63,797 nt of DNA, filler included, from Octopus bimaculoides (GCF_001194135.2; 4 parts of 4 records of this genome joined end to end with filler, not necessarily neighbours in it); one strand, 5' to 3'; positions 14,191 through 29,359 are shown, numbered from the whole stretch's first letter. Made by a program: numbers and translations. The notes: generated by a model from the letters alone, not told the origin.

Positions 14191-14581
14191 CATCATCTGA
14201 CACAAGATCACCTCCTCCAATTCCCCTTCACCTCTCAATGGATCTGTGTCTTGCAAGTTACTCAGTGATACTGCCAGTGCTGATGCCACATAACGAGCAT
14301 CCAGTCCACATTGTAAAGTGGTTGGTATTTGGAAGGGAATCCAGCTGTAAAAACCTTGCCAAAACTGTGCTTGTGCCACGTAAAATGCACTCAAATTACT
14401 CTGCTGGGTGGTCGGTGTTAGGAAGGGCATCCAGCCATAAAAACCCTGTCAAACAGACACAAGACTCTGCCGCAGGCTCCTACATGGCCAGCTCTGGTCA
14501 AACCATCCAACCCATACTAGCATGGAAGCTTGATGTTACACAACAATGATGATGATGAGGAGGAGGAGAAGGAGGATATAT

Positions 14582-14622
<41 letters not shown>

Positions 14623-15097
14623 NNNNNNNNNNNNNNNNNNNNNNNNNNNNNNNNNNNNNNNNNNNNNNNNNNNNNNNNNNNNNNNNNNNNNNNNNNNNNN
14701 NNNNNNNNNNNNNNNNNNNNNNNNNNNNNNNNNNNNNNNNNNNNNNNNNNNNNNNNNNNNNNNNNNNNNNNNNNNNNNNNNNNNNNNNNNNNNNNNNNNN
14801 NNNNNNNNNNNNNNNNNNNNNNNNNNNNNNNNNNNNNNNNNNNNNNNNNNNNNNNNNNNNNNNNNNNNNNNNNNNNNNNNNNNNNNNNNNNNNNNNNNNN
14901 NNNNNNNNNNNNNNNNNNNNNNNNNNNNNNNNNNNNNNNNNNNNNNNNNNNNNNNNNNNNNNNNNNNNNNNNNNNNNNNNNNNNNNNNNNNNNNNNNNNN
15001 NNNNNNNNNNNNNNNNNNNNNNNNNNNNNNNNNNNNNNNNNNNNNNNNNNNNNNNNNNNNNNNNNNNNNNNNNNNNNNNNNNNNNNNNNNNNNNNNN

Positions 15098-15160
<63 letters not shown>

Positions 15161-16847
15161 AATATAAATAAATATACACACGCAAACTAAACACCACATA
15201 TCATATACATATATTATGTAAGTATCACATGACTCCACAAGTAAAAGAAGAAAAAAATTCAAATAAGTGTTGTTAAAAGCAGTAAAACCAATATTTTCAT
15301 TTATCCATGATATTATTTTAAATTTCAACCAAAAGAAAGTTTTTTTTTTGTATAAACAAAAAAATGATAAATATATAAATGCATAAATATAACCCCAAAA
15401 CTGGCTTTACATCAAAGAATTATGATAGTCCATTAAATTTTCATTGTTGAATTGTGGACTGCTCTGTCTGCTCAATTTCCAAATTTGTCTTTGAAGGAAG
15501 GCAAATTTAGTATATCTATGAAGCTAGAATTTATTTATACTTTGAGTCCTGGATTTATTGATGTGTTAGCCAAATATCAGCATAACAGTGGTGCAGGAAA
15601 ATATAACTTCCTTGTTTTCTCTTCAAAAGTATATTTTGATAGTAGATATAGAATGTTATTTTATACATGTTATATAGATGATTTAGGTAATCATAAAATA
15701 AGAAATGATAAATCAGATACTTTGAATCTGAAGTTTCCTGCTCATCACTTAGGTATAAGATCTGCAGATCAATAAGCGGGTCAAAGAGGGAAGCTTCAAT
15801 GTAGTCAGTCAACCAGCAAGAAATAGCAGCAAGATGATGCCTTATGACATATAAAAAGAGGAGTAGTGGAAAAGGAAATATTGGTTAATATAATTTTGGA
15901 TGTAGTAGGAAAGGAGGGTCAAGGTTGGAAATGCTTGATCATGTTTTTATGGTCAGGGTAAACCTGAAGATATGTAATAATCATTACAATTTTGATATCA
16001 ATTTTGTTAGCTTGCTCATATTGCAAAAAGGAAGCAAGAAATTGTTGCCTTAAAATTTTAGCAACTGTAGCCCAACAATAGCTAAGCATATTAAATATTC
16101 TGAAATCAAAAAACAAATATTTTCTTTTTATAACTAAATTAAAAGAGATGATGCGGTACTAATGACATCTGTAGGATTTCTCAAATATTAAGACTGATAT
16201 CATAAATGTAAAGAACATCCATAAATTAGTGTCCACAAGTAAAAAAAGTTAGAAGGGGAAACAGACTGAGAGATTGGCAGTTGTGATAAGAAAAGGTCAG
16301 ATGAAGAGTATCATGTTTAGCCTCAGAGAAAGGTTATAGAGTTAGTTACTTTGGAAGAGTAGAAGAAGTATATGATTGGAGATATATAGCTTTTCTATGA
16401 ATCTGTGGTTGTAGAATGTTGGTATGTGAATCTCTATCAATGAGTATTGGGGGAATTCTCTTCCATGTAGTCTAGGATGATTTTGATTAAAACTAGTTCA
16501 ATGTACTAGCCAAATTAGGTTATCACTTAAGATGCTAAATTCTGGATGTCTTAAAACTTCTGAATAACTAAGGCAAAATTTCTCAATCCAATGAAACCCA
16601 CCAAAATTTTGTCATAAAAAGAGCAGGTGATGTCATTCCTTAAGCAATGTTTTAACAATGCCAGAAAATTGAATCTGCATTAGGTGATCTATTCATGCAA
16701 GACTGAACTTATTTTGTATCTAAGCTACCACTACTGGTTGTATTTAACAAGCAGTCATAAAAGACAAAAGGGAACATAAATTGCAATGCTGATCAGGACT
16801 CTGCTTTCTCTGCTACTATCCCTGTTTGTGAAGTAAATTTAGTTATA

Positions 16848-18035
16848 CAGGGTGTGAGAGATATTTGAGAACACATTTGGTAGTTTGATTAAACAACTAT
16901 AATTTAGCAAAAACCAAATGTATTATAATAAAAATTTACATCCATGTTCTCAATGTGCTTTCTTATAAGAATATTCTATGAATCCATCTTCAGCTTCAAT
17001 GACTGCTTCAGGGTGGGACTAGAATAGTTAACATACTTTCACTAAATATCTCATATTCATTTCAGATATCATTTGGACCATGGTGGCCTTTGATGTAGCT
17101 ACAATATTGTAAGGATGTTGATTAATCTCTCTTTCACCAAAACTATAAATGTAGTTGTCCAAGGGATTTAAATCTAGTAAGTTTGGAGGCCACTTGTTTG
17201 GTGATATAAGATTGTAAAAATTATCTAATATCCATTCTAAGGTTATGTGGGATTTGTATGAAATTGTTGAACCTTGTTGAAAAAACATTTATAGCTTTCC
17301 ACCACGTACTGCACCCATCTATGGTTTAACAATAGTGCCTTGACTTATCCAGTGATATTAGTTCTAAGGTCTGCAGAAAGGTGTGCAGTAGCAAGACATG
17401 ATCTTTGTTACTTGCCACTCCCAAAACCAAAGATCTGCACATTACCCTCTGTCATTTCTCCTATTAAGCTTTTGATCTTAATCAAAACTTTTATCCTCAG
17501 AAAAGAATTAAAACATGCTGTGTACATAAAGGTTCCTAGCCTTGTTCAGTAACTACTTGGCATGGATTAAAAGGCTTCCCTATGGTTTTATTCATATGAA
17601 TTGGCTTCTCAGTACATACAGCTTGTGTCATGCGTCCTCATGCACCATTATTCTCATAGACCATCTGATACCTGAAGATCTTTGATGATGGCCCTCACTG
17701 ATTTTTTGTGATCATAACTGACAATGTTTGGGATTAATTGTTATGTCCTTATATTGTCTACACATTTTGAATGTTGATTTTCTCCTTGATATCAATGAAA
17801 CATTCCCACTAGAAACTTCCAACTCCATCTAAAATTTCGACACAAAAGATCTTGTAATAAGCAGAAAGTTGGCATTGTCTTCCATAGATATGAAACATTA
17901 CAGTGTATCTTTTCATTTCTTGTGTTAGTATGTTATTTACCATGCAGGATCTGAAGGAAATGCAAACTTTTTTTGTTGGTTTGATTAGAGTAATATACTG
18001 ATAATTACGTGTCTTCAAATACCCCTCACATCCTG
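16848..18035 (-). mobile_element. Full-length, degenerate Tc1/mariner-superfamily transposon (about 1.19 kb)
   Basis: Terminal inverted repeats cagggtgtgagagatatttga / tcaaatacccctcacatcctg, flanked by TA at 16846-47 and 18036-37. The internal ORF contains KWPPNLLDLNPLDNYIYS (the WPPxSPDLNPLD motif). Confidence 0.85.
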
Positions 18036-19289
18036 TATTATAATTGTGAAGTAGCTCTGAGAGATCATTTGAAACATCTTAGATTTGTTGTAATACGACA
18101 TTAGCTTGGGAACTGGAAATGGAAACAATCCTGTTAGTTAAAATATTGCCAAAAAATAGATAAATATAATTTCAATAATCATATAATTTGGTGAAACTAT
18201 TTAATTTTGAAATTATATAAAACAGAAAAAGAAATTCAATTCTATGACAACTGATTAATGGAAAAGGAAAGTATTTTCTAAGAACATTGCAGAAGAATTT
18301 ATTGATAAGACGCCATGCTAAAAATATTTAGATCTGAAAATGTCAAATGAAAATCCTTATAAATATTTGAGAGAAGTCTGCTTTAAAAAATATATATATA
18401 TACCAATAGATATTTCTGGGTAAAAAAAATTAATACTTTCAAATCATTGGGAAAACATTTCAAGAACAAAGAAAGCTCAGGTGAGCTAAGTCTCCCTGAA
18501 ACTACACCCTTGTTAGATAGTGGGGGAAAAAAACATATTAGCTAATGTTCGCATNNNNNNNNNNNNNNNNNNNNNNNNNNNNNNNNNNNNNNNNNNNNNN
18601 NNNNNNNNNNNNNNNNNNNNNNNNNNNNNNNNNNNNNNNNNNNNNNNNNNNNNNNNNNNNNNNNNNNNNNNNNNNNNNNNTAGTATTATTATATGAAAAA
18701 GTCTTCAAAAATTTTACTCAAATATTTTTTAAATATTCAAAATGTTTATTTCAAAACGTTGTTTAAAGTAGTTTACTTTGAAAACAATTCCAAGTATTAA
18801 CCACATGCTTTCTAGTTTCTTTCAGGTTAATACATATTTATATTTCTTTTAGTTTGTTAAAATGTGTTTTTACACTTAGTAAAAAATATTTTTTGTAATG
18901 CATCTCCTTAAGTGTATGTGCACATATGTGTATGCATTCAGCCACAAAATGTGTAAATTAAACTTAAAAGAAGGAAAAGTAGTGAAATGGGAAATAAAAT
19001 ATGAAAAATTAATAGCTATGCATGCATCATACTTAATGTAAAAACATTGTAAAAGGCAAATGTACTCCAGTATTCCTCTTGAGATAATATCGCTGATAGA
19101 TATGCTGTGTTTAGAAACAATATATATTAAAGGCAGAGGAAAAGTGTCCTAGTAGTGGTTGGTGAGAGTGATGGATGATGGATGCATTTCTACATTGTTG
19201 AGCATTGTCAATAGCATGCACTTACAGCCAACTCATGTGAAGGCAATAATTGTCACCATTGATATAGGAAAACAGTGAATGAGTAATTT

Positions 19290-19795
19290 CATTTACAAGA
19301 AGGCATATTATCTGGGAAAATCTTTCAAGCTACTTATAAAAATGAAAAACATGGAGGATAAACTGACAGAAACTTCTTGGAAATATATTCTACTCTCACA
19401 TTATCAGAAAGTATATTAAAGTTCACTGGATGGTTTAGTGCACTGTCTAACAGGAGCAATGTTTTGTTGGAAATATCATGTTTAACACTGCAACTTCCTG
19501 TAACAGGACTGGAAATGTTTGTAAACCATTCTTCAAAAAAGGTTCCTAGCTATTTCTCCTTTCTGATTGGAATGTAAACTCAGAAACAGATTTAAAGTTT
19601 GTGTAACCTTGAAAACTCTTGAATTCTTGGAGTCATACACATATAGGGGCTTTCATTTCCTATCACTTACAACATTTACTCTCAGAAGCAGTGTCATGCA
19701 ATTTTTGGAAGCTTTAAATCCTGGTGTTGATTTTTCTTCTTGAGAAATATCAGTTCTAGCAGGCATGTGTTTCCAGTAAGTGCAATTTCATGAGG
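19290..19795 (-). mobile_element. pogo/Tigger (DDE_1) transposase remnant
   Basis: YWKHMPARTDISQEEKSTPGFKASKNCMTLLL...NLFEEWF...KTLLLLDSALNHP, with stops and frameshifts. Confidence 0.8.
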
Positions 19796-19861
19796 TGTGT
19801 GACCCCACTTCAGCAATCCCATTTTCAGCTGTATATATACATACTTATGCATGCACGCACA

Positions 19862-19932
<71 letters not shown>

Positions 19933-21092
19933 GCACAATCTAATCAAGTTATTCATTTATCAACACAGGAGGGAGTATTATAAAAAAGACAATGAAACTA
20001 ATCAGTTCCATTTCAATTACATCCTATCCAGTTATAGCATATCAAATGACATTTATTTCCATAGGGTAAACACAATACTTACTTTGTAACTTTAAAATTC
20101 CTCCTTTCTCCCTATATAATCCATTCTGAGAAATGCTATACTTACATTTGGGCTGCTTCTAAATACATTTAGTATTTGTTAATCGTTCTCTATGCTACTT
20201 GAATATATTAACAATCATTTGATTTCAATTATTCTATACTGCTTGATCCCATTCTTTTCTATTGATAAGCAATGTCTTATTTGAAATTGTTATAACTATA
20301 CAAGAGAGAAGAGCATCAGAAGTATTTCTATCAAAATCACATGCAAAGAGATGGATAGAAAGAAAAAAAATGGGATTGAGGGAAATAGTAAGAATGAATG
20401 AGAGTGATCAGAGTAAACAGAAAAAGAGAAAAATGGTGGGAGAGAGCACAACAGAGAGAGAACGAGAGAGAGAGATAGTGAGACAGAGACAGAGACAGAC
20501 AGACAGATAAACTATTTATACCACTCTTTCATAATAACTTGTGCGATTATACACACAAATAATGCTGCTGGTATTTGCTTCTTTCATTAGAATTAACTCA
20601 GCTATAATTAATTATGAAATACTAGTATGAAGTGTTTCTTTCAGTATATTATATATCATATATACATCTCTGTGGAATATCAAAATTTTATATGTTAGTG
20701 CTTGCCATTCTTATGGATGTGGAGGAATTAGTAGCAAATTTTGTTTTAGTGTTGATAGTATATGTACATAAATGTGGTGAACATTTTATATATTTCATAG
20801 AACCAAATAAACTGTTTAACTATTTATGTATATTTTGGGCATGTTTTTATTTCTGTCAAAATATGTTTTCATGTATGCACAAGCATATGTGTATGTGTAT
20901 GTGTCTGTGTATGCATGTGTCTCAATTATATATTATTAATAATATCTGTTTGTTTATCTTTCTTAAAAGGGCAATGTGGTGCCAAATGTAGATTCAGAAT
21001 TATGACTAGAATGTCCAACATATTCCAAAAACTCATTCTAACATTTTCACAAACTTTTGAACTAACTTTGTAATTATAATATATATTTGTTT

Positions 21093-21311
21093 ATTGCCCA
21101 CAGGAGGCTAAACATAGAAGGGACAAACAAGGACAGGCAAAGGGATTAAGTCGATTACATCGACCCCCGGTGTGTAACTAATACTTATTTAATCGACCCT
21201 GAAAGTATGAAAGGCAAAGTCGACCTCAGCAGAATTTGAACTCAGAATGTAAGGACAGACAAAATACCACTAAGCATTTCACCTGGTGTACTAATGGTTC
21301 TGCTAGCTGAC
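21093..21311 (-). mobile_element. tRNA-derived SINE (family 1)
   Basis: Same sequence as 28541-28765, with some CpG decay. Confidence 0.85.
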
Positions 21312-22989
21312 ACAGACCTGGCTGTGTGAGAGTCAGACAGAATCATTCCATTCCTATCCACTACTCTGCTAAACATATCAGGACATGAGGAAATATTATC
21401 TTGATTGGAAGCAAATGATGGGATGGCAACATGGAGGCATGTGGCTATAGAATATCTGCTTCAATAAACTCTATCCGAACCATGGTAACATAGAAAAATG
21501 GATGCTAGACTCATGATAATAATGACTATGTTTTGCTTAAGAGCAAGAGACATTTGTAATTTTGTTTTAATTACATTGATTTAAATGTTTTATAATAAAC
21601 TACACTAAATGCAATGCTATTAATTATATGGTAACATATGATAAAATATTTTTTTGAAAATGCAAATTAATAACATTTAAAGCAAAATGTAATACATGTA
21701 AACTGAGTATTTAATTACTCATGAGGGATTGTCTTTTCCAAAACAGCATTTGAATGATTGTTATCAACACAAATGTGTAACATTTAACATAGTCTTCCAA
21801 ATACATATCCATAATTAAAAGACTTGATAGTGTTTTACATTGAATTAGGGCAGAAAAATTGAACTCAAAGCAATAAGTGACTGAGAAATGAAATAGTTTT
21901 TGTTGTGCATATTTTTTTACAGGTTTGAGCACTTTTCTATTGTATTTTTCTATTGTATTGTTTTTGTTTCAAACAGATTTCAAATTTTTATTTTTCATGA
22001 GTTCATTCCATTCCTTTCTGTAGCTCTTTAAGTACCATGGAGAGTTTATTTTTCTCCAAGTCAGAAAAACTTTCATTATAAAGGAAAATTCATGACCATT
22101 AACCCCTTCCTGTTCTACAACACATCCATGCTCCCCTCCATTCTCCCTCATGTGTCCACCTACTTACCTGCACAAAATATACCCCTGTTAAATCCCTTCC
22201 CCCACTTCTAGCTCACACTCACCTTTCTAAGTCTTGTCAACTTACATGCCTACCCACCCTCTGGAGTAATAGGTAGCACTCATGAACTTAGGATGTTCTT
22301 TGAGACTTGAGAACTGAATGCCATTAATATCTGAGTTAAACTGTTACAGGTCAATAAATGTAGAAATGCAATATGCAAGGAGTAGAATGCAGAGGGTTGA
22401 TGATCCCGGGCAAAAAGACTCGACATGTTGGTTAGCATAGGGCTAGTTAGATTAGATGTAACAATGGTAATGAGAAATAGAGAAATGAATGTGATAGGCT
22501 ATTTGAGTGATAGATGTATGACAGTTTTCAGCTCAGAGAAACAGTGGTCCTTATAATAATGATAGAAGAGACGGGGAGAGGAGACAGGACACCTAGAAGC
22601 TAAAACCTGGAGCAAGTAATCTACAAATCATTGTTATTTTAATGTCCACTTCTTCATGCTTACATAGAAATTTTCTTTCTGTTCGGCATTAACTTTTGTA
22701 ATCTGTGAAAACTGACTTACCTATTTTCTGAAGTATATACCTCACTTTATATGTTACTTTATCATTATCGTTCTCAAGTATATTGCTCTGAATATTTGTC
22801 TTTCAGGTTTTATAATATGACTATTTGAGACTTTCCTTATCTGGTGTAATTTAGATCTGTGAACTGAACAATACTGATTTACATTAAATTTCCTTAGAAT
22901 TGATGGGGTAAGAACATTAAACAAATAGCTCATTTTGTCTGAAATCATAACTGAACCAAAATCGATGACTAGCACCCATGCCAGTGGAG

Positions 22990-23412
22990 CACTAACAGCA
23001 CTGTCTGAGCATGGGCGTTGCCAGAGCAGCTGTCTGGCTTCCACACCAGTGGCATGTAAATAGCACCATTTGAGTGTGATCGTTACCAGTGTTACCTTAC
23101 TGGCACTTGTGCTGGTGGCACTTAAAAAAAACATTCGAGCAAGGTCATTGCCAGTGCTGCTGGACTGACTCCTGTGCAGGTGGCATGTAAAAAACACCAT
23201 TTGAGCATGGCCGTTGCCAGTGCCACATGACTGGCTCTCGTGCCGGTGGCACGTAAAAGCACCCACTACACTCTTGGAGTGGTTGGCATTAGCAAGGGCA
23301 TCCAGCTGTAGAAACTCTGCCAGATCAGATTGGAGCCTGGTGCAGCCATCTGGTTCACCAGTCCTCAGTCAAATCGTCCAACCTATGCTAGCATGGAAAG
23401 CGGATGTTAAAC

Positions 23413-23450
<38 letters not shown>
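22990..23450 (-). mobile_element. Family 3 repeat adjoining (ATG)n
   Basis: Reverse complement of 55905-56300; ends in gatgat repeats. Confidence 0.8.
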
Positions 23451-23451
<1 letters not shown>

Positions 23452-26400
23452 TTGCAACTCTCAGTCCTCAATAAAAGCTTCAGTGTTCATTTCATACTCA
23501 TCCCCACATATTTAAAAAAACGTTTTGGGGGATAAGATAGGATAAAAGATGTGGTTAAAAGCACAAAACATTTTAATAGTAATTAAAATTCTAACAAACA
23601 ATTTACTAATGACATCAAATCAGGAATACACTAAGAGATTAGACAATATAATTTTGTTAAATACTTATTACATTTCAAATTTGGTATGGCTTTGCATGTT
23701 TTTGGCAATACATGAACTTTCTATATTTGCAAAATTGCTGTAATGGATTTCATTGATATTTCTGTGATAAGAATGTTTAAGAACATTTGATAAATGAAAT
23801 ACTGTGCAATAAAATGGCCACACTTTAGAACTTTAGTGGTGGTATAAAGCTTAAAGTCTTCAGATTCCTGATCACTAGGTTAGGCTAATGAAGAAGACCC
23901 AATGTGAATGCTTGAACTGCCTGAAATATTGGCAAAATTTCTTTCAGATTCACCCTACCATCTTAAAAGAGTAAGGCACTTTGGGCAACATGGTGCAAGA
24001 TGAACGATCTGAAAATGACATGGTCATAGCTAGAATAGCATCGAAAATATTCATATTCAAAGTGACAATTTCTTTTCACCAAAGTTCAAAATTCATCAAA
24101 GAACACACACATACACACACGTGCGCACATGAGTTTTATTTGGGGATGAGAGAAATTATAATCAACCGTATAACTTTGGTTTTTGTAACTAAAAACAAAA
24201 TAAATGGAAGTTTATTCTTGAAAGAATTGCACTTAGAAACATGAAACACTGAACTGGATATAAAGTGTCTACCTGTGTGAAGTTTTCATTTATATCAACA
24301 AACATTTCATAATCAGAGAAAGAGTGCAGGGAAATATCTATGGACTGTTGAGTATCCAACGTTTTGGACAGAGTCCTTCATCATGATAATGTTGACAGGA
24401 GTAAAATAAAAATAAAGCAGCAGAAGTTTATGTCCTTTTTATTTAAGAAACTGGTTGCAACTGATGAGGAATGTAAAGCAATGAGAGTTTGCATGCATTG
24501 ATAGGATGTGGCAGAAAGATAAAAACAGTGTGAGAAAGAGAGAACGAATGAAAGAGAAGTTGAGAGAAAGAGAGAAAGAATGAAAGAGATGTTGAGAGAA
24601 AGAGAGAAGTGGAAAGAGTAAGATGGAAGGGAAAATTGGGGTGAGAAGGGAGCTGAAGGATAAGAATATGATTGTTGAAGTAAAAGGGAAAAACATCCAT
24701 TTAAACCTATCAGTAACATGTTTCTGAGTTTGAATTTGAAATATTATTTCTTTCATTTCCTTTAGCATGCAGATCCTTGGTGTGTAGAGATGCCACTCAC
24801 TGACAAATAAAAGGTGGAATGGCCTGCTGTGTAAAGGAAGTAGTGGTAGGTAAACCAGGTGTACATAGATGTGTGCCTTGATAATTCTCCCATCTTTTTT
24901 CTAAATCATATATGTTACCAACACAGATCACCACTAGTCTCTTTAGATTCTGATTTATCTAATATTTCATAGTTGATCTGATGGCATATTTTGATATTGT
25001 TATCTAGTTTATTGTTACTTTCTTGGTGTTATGATACTAATATTTACCTATATTTCTCTAGTAATTATTTCTGTTTGGAATAGGTGTTAAGTCAGTTTCT
25101 AGGGAAGTAAGTATAGTGTCAAGTGAAATGTTAAATAGTATATTGGTGCTAGTTTCATTAATTTCTTTGCGATGAAATGCAAAATCAATAGTAGCAATGT
25201 AGAAAATTTCTTGTTTTACTTATTAAACATAACCAAGATAAAAAAAATATCTAATCAAACATTTAGTTCTTGATGATTAATTAATCCAATTAGGAAGTTT
25301 GCTACAACTTGGAACATGGTGACATACAGAATACAGTCTGATTCTTTCTCCATCGTCTTTGCCATCTTTTATCTAGCTGAAATGTTTGAGTATAAAAATA
25401 AGGATTTTTAGCACTGGTAAAAAGCCTCAAATTTAGTGATTGGAGTGTAGTCATTTCAATCAAATCTGACCTCTAGTTCTTTACTGTTAACTACATTATA
25501 GACACTGCTTGGATGTAAAAAGAGGATTTGATCTTAAAACATAAAAGAAGATTATTAAATGTTGTAAGGTATTGCGTCTGCCAATCTACTCTACCTATTT
25601 TACCAATTGATCAACCGTTTATATATTAAAGCATCAACAGCTGAATTTAAAATTGAAAATTGGTCTGGAACTAACTATTTGACGTCCATGGGATTCAGAA
25701 ATTATATGAATAATTTTCATTAATATGATTTGAATTAATATCTGTTTGAATAAATTTCATTTTTAGAGACTTCATAAGAATTTAATATTCTTTGTAAGTA
25801 ATGGACTTGTTGAAAGTTTATAATGAATATGAATATTTAATAACTGTCTTAAGTCTGCATAGATGATGGAAAATAGTAATTGTTTACATTTTGCAATTAA
25901 TAAAATTATTATCTTTATTATTATTGTTAGTACTATTAGCATTGTTTAAAAGGGCTAGCAGAATCATTAGAGCATTGGACAAAATACTATGTGGTATTTT
26001 AGCTCTTCTGGCACTTTGCATTCTGGTTTCAAATCTCACCAAAGTCAACTCTAGTTTGTCATTTCAGGATCAAAAAATTAAGTGCCTGCCATGTACTAGT
26101 ATCAGCAACATTGACCAGTTTCTTTCCATAAATTTGCTGGCTTGTGCTTAAATCAAAAATAACATGAATATTATTAAGAGCAGCAGCTGGCAGAATTGGT
26201 AAAGTACAAGGCAAAAATATCTTGCTGTATTTAGCTATGTCTCATCATATTTTGTGTTCAAATCCTGATAAATTAAATTTGCTTTCTTACTTTCTGGAGA
26301 TAGGTAGCTATAAAAGGCATACAAGTTGAGTTCTAGGGTCCAATCAATTAATTATACTTTTCCAATCCCAAACATACATACACACATTTATACAATCACT

Positions 26401-27194
26401 TTCTGGCACATCGGAAGTGTGTCCTGTCACCACACCATCCCCATCTTTATCTGTCTTTCCAGTGCACTCTTCTGCCTTTATATAATTCTAGGTAATTTTG
26501 TGTCTTCTCCACTGAAATATACATGCTCCTGTGCTTGTATCATACTTTAACCACTTCTAAACTGGTATAGTCACCTCTCTTTCAACTGTACTTCTGACAC
26601 TCAGTCAAAGCAGATTTTTTTTTTGTTTTGTCTTGTTAGTCACTTGTTGACCTCTTCAGTGTTGATGCCAAGAAAATAGCACCTGGTTAATTGTCTAATG
26701 AGATTGGGATCAGAAAGGACATCCAGTCATAGAAACTATCTCAAAGCAGATATTGCAGCTCAATGCAATTCTCCAGCTTCTCAGAACTTGTCAACCCATC
26801 CAACTCATGGTAGGTAGCTGTTAAATGATATACATGTTCATACACACACACATACACACACACACACACATAATTGTGTGTGTGTGTGTGTGATATTGAT
26901 TATAAAGAGTATGAAGAATTTGGACATTCAAACCTTATGCGTCAGACAATTATTATGAATAAACTAACTGGAAATAAACATAAAGTTTGAATGTTAAGAT
27001 TCCTCATTCTTCTTATTATCAATATTGTACTTTACGCTCTAAGAAGCCAAGAAATAAACTGCAATATCGGATAGAACTTAAATGAAGTTTACCAAAAAAA
27101 CATACCATCTGAAAGAACTAGCTTTGGTATTTAACATAGAAAAATTCAGTATCTGCCTGGATAATACATCCCTTCTCTTACTATATATATATAT

Positions 27195-27600
27195 ATTGGC
27201 TGTGTAGTAAGTAGCTTGCTTAACTAAACATATGGTTCCGGGTTCAGTCCCACCGCATGGCACCTTGGCCAAGTGTCTTCTACTATAGCTCCAGGCTGAC
27301 CAAAGCATTATGAGTAGACTTGGTTGACGGAAACTGAAAGAAGCTCGTCGTATATATGTATGTATATGTGTGTGTGTGTGTGCAGGTATGCTTGTGTGTC
27401 TGTGTTTGTCCCACCAGTATCACTTGAAAACCGATGCTGGTGTGTTTAAGTCCCCGTAACTTAGCAGTTCGGCAATAGAGTGTGATAGAATAAGTACTAG
27501 GTATACAAAGAATAAGTCCTGGGGTCGATTTGCCAGACTAAAAGGTGGGGCTCCAGCATGGCTGCAGTCAAATGACTGAAACAAGTAAAAGAATAAAAGA
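27195..27600 (+). mobile_element. Near full-length tRNA-derived SINE (family 2)
   Basis: Head with B-box gggttcagtccc, an internal (TA/TG)n tract, and a tail gcagtcaaatgactgaaacaagtaaaagaataaaaga. Confidence 0.85.
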
Positions 27601-27623
27601 ATGAATATATATATATATATATA

Positions 27624-27657
<34 letters not shown>

Positions 27658-27757
27658 NNNNNNNNNNNNNNNNNNNNNNNNNNNNNNNNNNNNNNNNNNN
27701 NTTAATTAATTAANNNNNNNNNNNNNNNNNNNNNNNNNNNNNNNNNNNNNNNNNNNN
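27658..27757. other. Artificial scaffold-join spacer (44 N + TTAATTAATTAA + 44 N)
   Basis: Exactly 100 bp. The palindromic 12-mer at 27702-27713 has stop codons in all six frames. The same spacer occurs three times. Confidence 0.95.
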
Positions 27758-27788
<31 letters not shown>

Positions 27789-28540
27789 GCGGCAAGGACA
27801 AAACGAAGAGCAAATAAGAAAATATAACACATCGTAACACTCGACGAGTGTTTTAATCTAAATTTAATACAATGATGATTTATTTTGGATAATTTCATAA
27901 TAAAGGGTGTTTAAACGAATCATACGTCTTTGCACGGTTAAGTTTGCAGTAACAACAACAACAACAACACCGACTATAACGACAACAACAACAACAGCAA
28001 CGGCAACAGCAAATTTTATTATTAATCATTATGAACATAACTACCATCAGTAGCAGCGGGTTCAACGTCGTTGGCGACGTCGACGTCATCATCGCCATCA
28101 TCTTTGAAGAATTGATCTTTTGCTATTTCAGAAATTCGATGTTGTATAAATAAATTTTTGGTTGAACATGAAGTTAACAGAAAGGAAATTGAATTCTTTG
28201 AAAGAAAAACTGATATCATGTGAAAATATTTGGAAAATTAAAAATACTAAGAAAACCATTTTTTTTTTTTTTATTCCATTTGTAAGATGAACAAAAATCA
28301 AAACATAAATTTAAATTATTGATAATTTGGTATCATTATATACACACACCGTCCGATTCCACGAGGAACTTTCTATATGGCTGCTTGGTTTGCTACAAAT
28401 AGCAGCCAAATATATTTCAAAATCACATCATATTGTTTGGAATAGTTTCAAATTTTGGCACCAGGCCAGCGATTTTAAGAGGAGAGGATTAATCTGCTAC
28501 ACCGATTCCAGTACTCAACTGGTACTTATCTTATTTCTTC

Positions 28541-28765
28541 ATTGCCCACAAGTGGCTAAACATAGAGGGGGACAAACAAGAACAGACAAAAGGATAAAGT
28601 CGATTAGATCGATGCCAGTGCATAACTGGTACTTAATTTATCGACCCCGAAAGGATGAAAGGCAAAGTCGACCTCGGCGGAATTTGAACTCAGAACGTAA
28701 AGACAGACGAAATAGCGCTAAGCATTTCGCCCGGTGCGCTAACGTTTCTGCCAGCTCGCCGCCTT
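28541..28765 (-). mobile_element. tRNA-derived SINE (family 1), CpG-intact copy within a stack at 28420-29025
   Basis: Minus-strand head aggcggcgagctggcagaaacgttagcgcaccgggcgaaatgc...gagttcaaattccgccgagg has A and B boxes. Confidence 0.9.
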
Positions 28766-29139
28766 AACTGGTACTTATTTTATTGATCCTGATAGGATAA
28801 AAAACCGAGGTGAGCTCGGTGAGGTTTGAACTCAGAAGGTAAAGAGTTGTGAGAAATGCTGCGAAGTATTTTATTTGACGCTCTAACGATTCTGCCATCT
28901 TGGGACTAAATAATAATAATGATCCTTTCTACTATAGACACAAGGCCTGCAATTTCGAGAGAAAGAGTAAGTCGATTACATCGAGCCTAGGGTTCAACTG
29001 ATACTTGTTTTATCGACCTCCGAAAGGATGAATGCTCATGGTGAGAACGCTTTTCATCATATATCGGCTTAATCTGCTAAAATGATTCAGAGCGAAAGGA
29101 ATTACATCCTATTCGATTCGTATCAAAGCTCTCTCATAG

Positions 29140-29190
<51 letters not shown>

Positions 29191-29195
29191 AGGGG

Positions 29196-29249
<54 letters not shown>

Positions 29250-29359
29250 TGGGGGCACGTATGTGTGTGTGTGTGTGTGTCTGAACGTATGTATGTATGG
29301 ATGGATGGATGGATGGATAGGTGAATGTATGTATGTGTGTGTTTGTGTGTGTATACATA

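Noticed and set aside
25325-25380. MAKTMEKESDCIL as the start of sedoheptulokinase (the human neighbour of CTNS)
   Set aside because: No FGGY-kinase motifs (such as GIDLGTT) were found, and this is a different assembly piece.
28022-28219. Acidic ORF and CpG-rich palindromic-looking patch
   Set aside because: Explained by a decayed trinucleotide repeat; no homology.
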